This document shows positions 61,599 to 64,000 of a stretch of DNA of 64,000 nt, one piece after another. The stretch's first letter is position 1, and each line of letters opens with the position of its first letter. The notes beneath the pieces are model-generated. The model was given only the letters and a program-made list of their open reading frames with translations. It had not been told where the DNA came from and searched no databases. The position numbers and the translations under genes were made by a program. This DNA comes from Fimbriosthenelais zetlandica (Eukaryota). The DNA lies in assembly GCA_977030845.1 (NCBI GenBank), contig OZ365110.1:21700001-21764000 (forward strand), written 5' to 3'.

Positions 61599-63294
61599 AC
61601 TTCTTATATTGAAAAGAAATTATTTGAAGTGTACGTATAACTGTATGTATATATATGTTTGGAGGTAAGGAATTGTATAGTTCAGCCATATAGTTTTGTA
61701 TATAAGTAGTTGTAATATATTTTGAATTGAGACAGATATCGGTTAACATGAATGGATATGTTAAAAGGCCTCAAGGGCTTATGACAGAATTAGATGTGAA
61801 TTATAAACCTTGACTATTGTTATATGAAATGTGTTGTATATAATATAAAATAATAGATGAATCTATTCTTTTATACATTTTATATATCCTGGAGTCAAAC
61901 CTGCCAAAGCAGGAATTTGTATTTTCTAATGTTTTCCCTCTTTATATATATGCATTGAATATAAAAAATCTATTTTAAATCTATTTTATACATGTGTGCT
62001 TTGAAAGAACGTCTCTGTGATATTGTGTTCACCAGAATTCGATGTTTGTTGAAATAAAATTTATTTCATGATACTCGCTGTATGTTCATTTTGTTAAGCG
62101 ATAGTTATATATTATGTAACTTTTTTTGAAAAGTGTGCAAGTCGACCGACCTGGGTGGCGCGCGGGGCGGGGGGATTATCTTTTAGCCCGTGATCCATGT
62201 TCAAGATTTGCGTTTACTAAGATTTCCGATAAATGCGCGCATTGATAAGCGCTAATGAAGTTATCAGTATTACAGTAATCTTGAGTCCAATTTGAAGTGA
62301 TAATTCCGGTACAACCTTATCTCTCATCCAAGTTTAAGTCTGGGCCCCATGTTTTCGGGGAATTATCAAGTACATTGATTTTTAAGATTGGAATTTTTCC
62401 ATAACTAGGTCTGGCTGATCCCTCCCCCCGCGCTCTCTCTTTCCCTCTCTCATTTTTAAGAAATATGTTTCAATTTCTCCCTACATCAAATTGTTTGATC
62501 CTTCCACCAACCTGTTTTATTCTGAGCACAATACAAATTTATAGTATTCATTCCCATTTACAAATTAATTATCAGAATCAGATCACTATAGTATGTTCTT
62601 TGGATGTACTTGCGCAATATACACGTGACCATGCATGATTTCCTCGATGACATTGCAATGGGTAATGAAAGTGCACGGACAAGTATGTACAAATAGATAA
62701 CGAAAGGTCAGACGTCCCAGATACCTAAACCAAACCGAGCACTAAAAAGCTTCACTTGATATCGTTATGGACTTGATAGATTGTATTTGACTTTGACAAG
62801 ATAAGTATGACATGTTACAGGAAGACTGAAATATTCCCATTGACCGGGAATAGAGAGGGAAGGGTTCAAGTGTCTCATCCCAGCTTCATTCATCTCCTTT
62901 CAGCCGTAACATCGATAATTATATCCAATGACAACTTAAAACCAAAGCTATCTGAACAAAATCGCTGCACTTTTTTCCAGTAATTAAAACCTAACTAAAT
63001 TAATTGTTTCACTTATCTTAGGATGAAGCAGGAGCTATATTTCTGCTATACTTGACATTGTAATCTTAGGTTATCTAGATAATTATCATTATCTATGGAG
63101 TGTTTATTTGTTTAGGGATTCAATCGATACCAAACTGTTCTTTGGCACAGTTTCTTGACCCACGGTGCTTCAAGAGCGAAACAAATTCACTACCTTCCCA
63201 TGTCAAGTGCCTCTTCAATGCATGATAACTTATGCTCAAACATCACTTAATGAAAATTATTTAAAAATGGCTGTTTACGTCTGCCCGTCCTGAT

Positions 63295-63395
63295 TAAATT
63301 CTTTCTTTCTTTCTTTTTTTTCTTTCTTTAGCTTCTTTCTTTCTTACTTTCTTTAGCTTCTTTCTTTCACATATTTCTTTCTTTTTTGCTATCCT
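63295..63395. repeat. (CTTT)n-type polypyrimidine low-complexity tract
   Basis: ctttctttctttctttttttt... units. Confidence 0.85.
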
Positions 63396-64000
63396 TTTGT
63401 CCTTTTGGTGGTATTTGATGAATTCCATGTAGGATATTTGATTGATTTCATGTCATTTTATCAGTATTGACATGTCTTCGTGTATGTATTGAAAAAAGGC
63501 CTATATATGAACACCATATATGTAAATCAACACATTGGAATTTGAACTGCGCTAATGTACAGCATAAATATATGCCCGGTTCTCATGTCCTGTTGTCCTT
63601 TTGCTGGGACAGAAATTGCGAGGGTCATGTAGGTCTACCGCCTTCAACCATGTTAGAGGTATAAAGTGGCCTTGATAGGAGACTCAAATCCCCCAGTTTT
63701 AGCCCAAGGGGGGAAGGTTCGACCAAGCAAATAAAATTACTTAAGGCACCGTGACACGTGCATAATGAATGTGTCAGTTTTCTAGATCGAAAGAATATAG
63801 CTCTCATAGACATACCTAGGTGCCCTATCTAAAATGGACGATGCCAAATACTTAGCGTTGCTTGAACTGTAATTTCTAAATATACATGTATTTATAATTA
63901 TGTTATGTTTGGGCCCTGGTACGGACATATGCTCTATTGCGTATCAGATATGGAAAATATGGGCCATAGTTCAGTCTTAGAACGAGTATACATGTTATGA

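Overview
AT-rich eukaryotic (invertebrate) genomic DNA with GT-AG spliceosomal introns. It is probably a marine lophotrochozoan; this is inferred from gene content only. Four protein-coding genes could be assembled by hand with consistent splice phases: (1) a hillarin-type LIM + coiled-coil + inactive transglutaminase-like gene (minus, 10 coding exons, 968 aa, with a 19-kb first coding intron); (2) a DEG/ENaC-family channel (minus, 14 exons, 555 aa); (3) an uncharacterised Cys-rich multi-pass membrane protein of a protist/fungal-like family (plus, about 12 exons, about 444 aa); (4) an intronless UDP-glycosyltransferase (plus, 525 aa). The window opens in a ~167-bp satellite array containing a perfect 500-bp higher-order duplication. 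The most unusual objects are three. First, a very young 3.8-kb non-autonomous LTR retroelement (225-bp LTRs with 1 mismatch, AAGT target duplication, tRNA-Ala-type PBS, PPT) inside the channel gene; it has no recognisable pol or capsid and encodes only a zinc-knuckle/coiled-coil protein with TQT (LC8-binding-like) motifs. Second, a compact orphan mini-gene at 39.4-40.1 kb with five copies of a 10-bp motif upstream of a TATA-like box and an apparent frameshift. Third, the orphan membrane-protein gene, which sits on an ETS/CRE bidirectional promoter. No rRNA, tRNA or CRISPR array was seen. All family assignments come from motif recognition; no searches were run.
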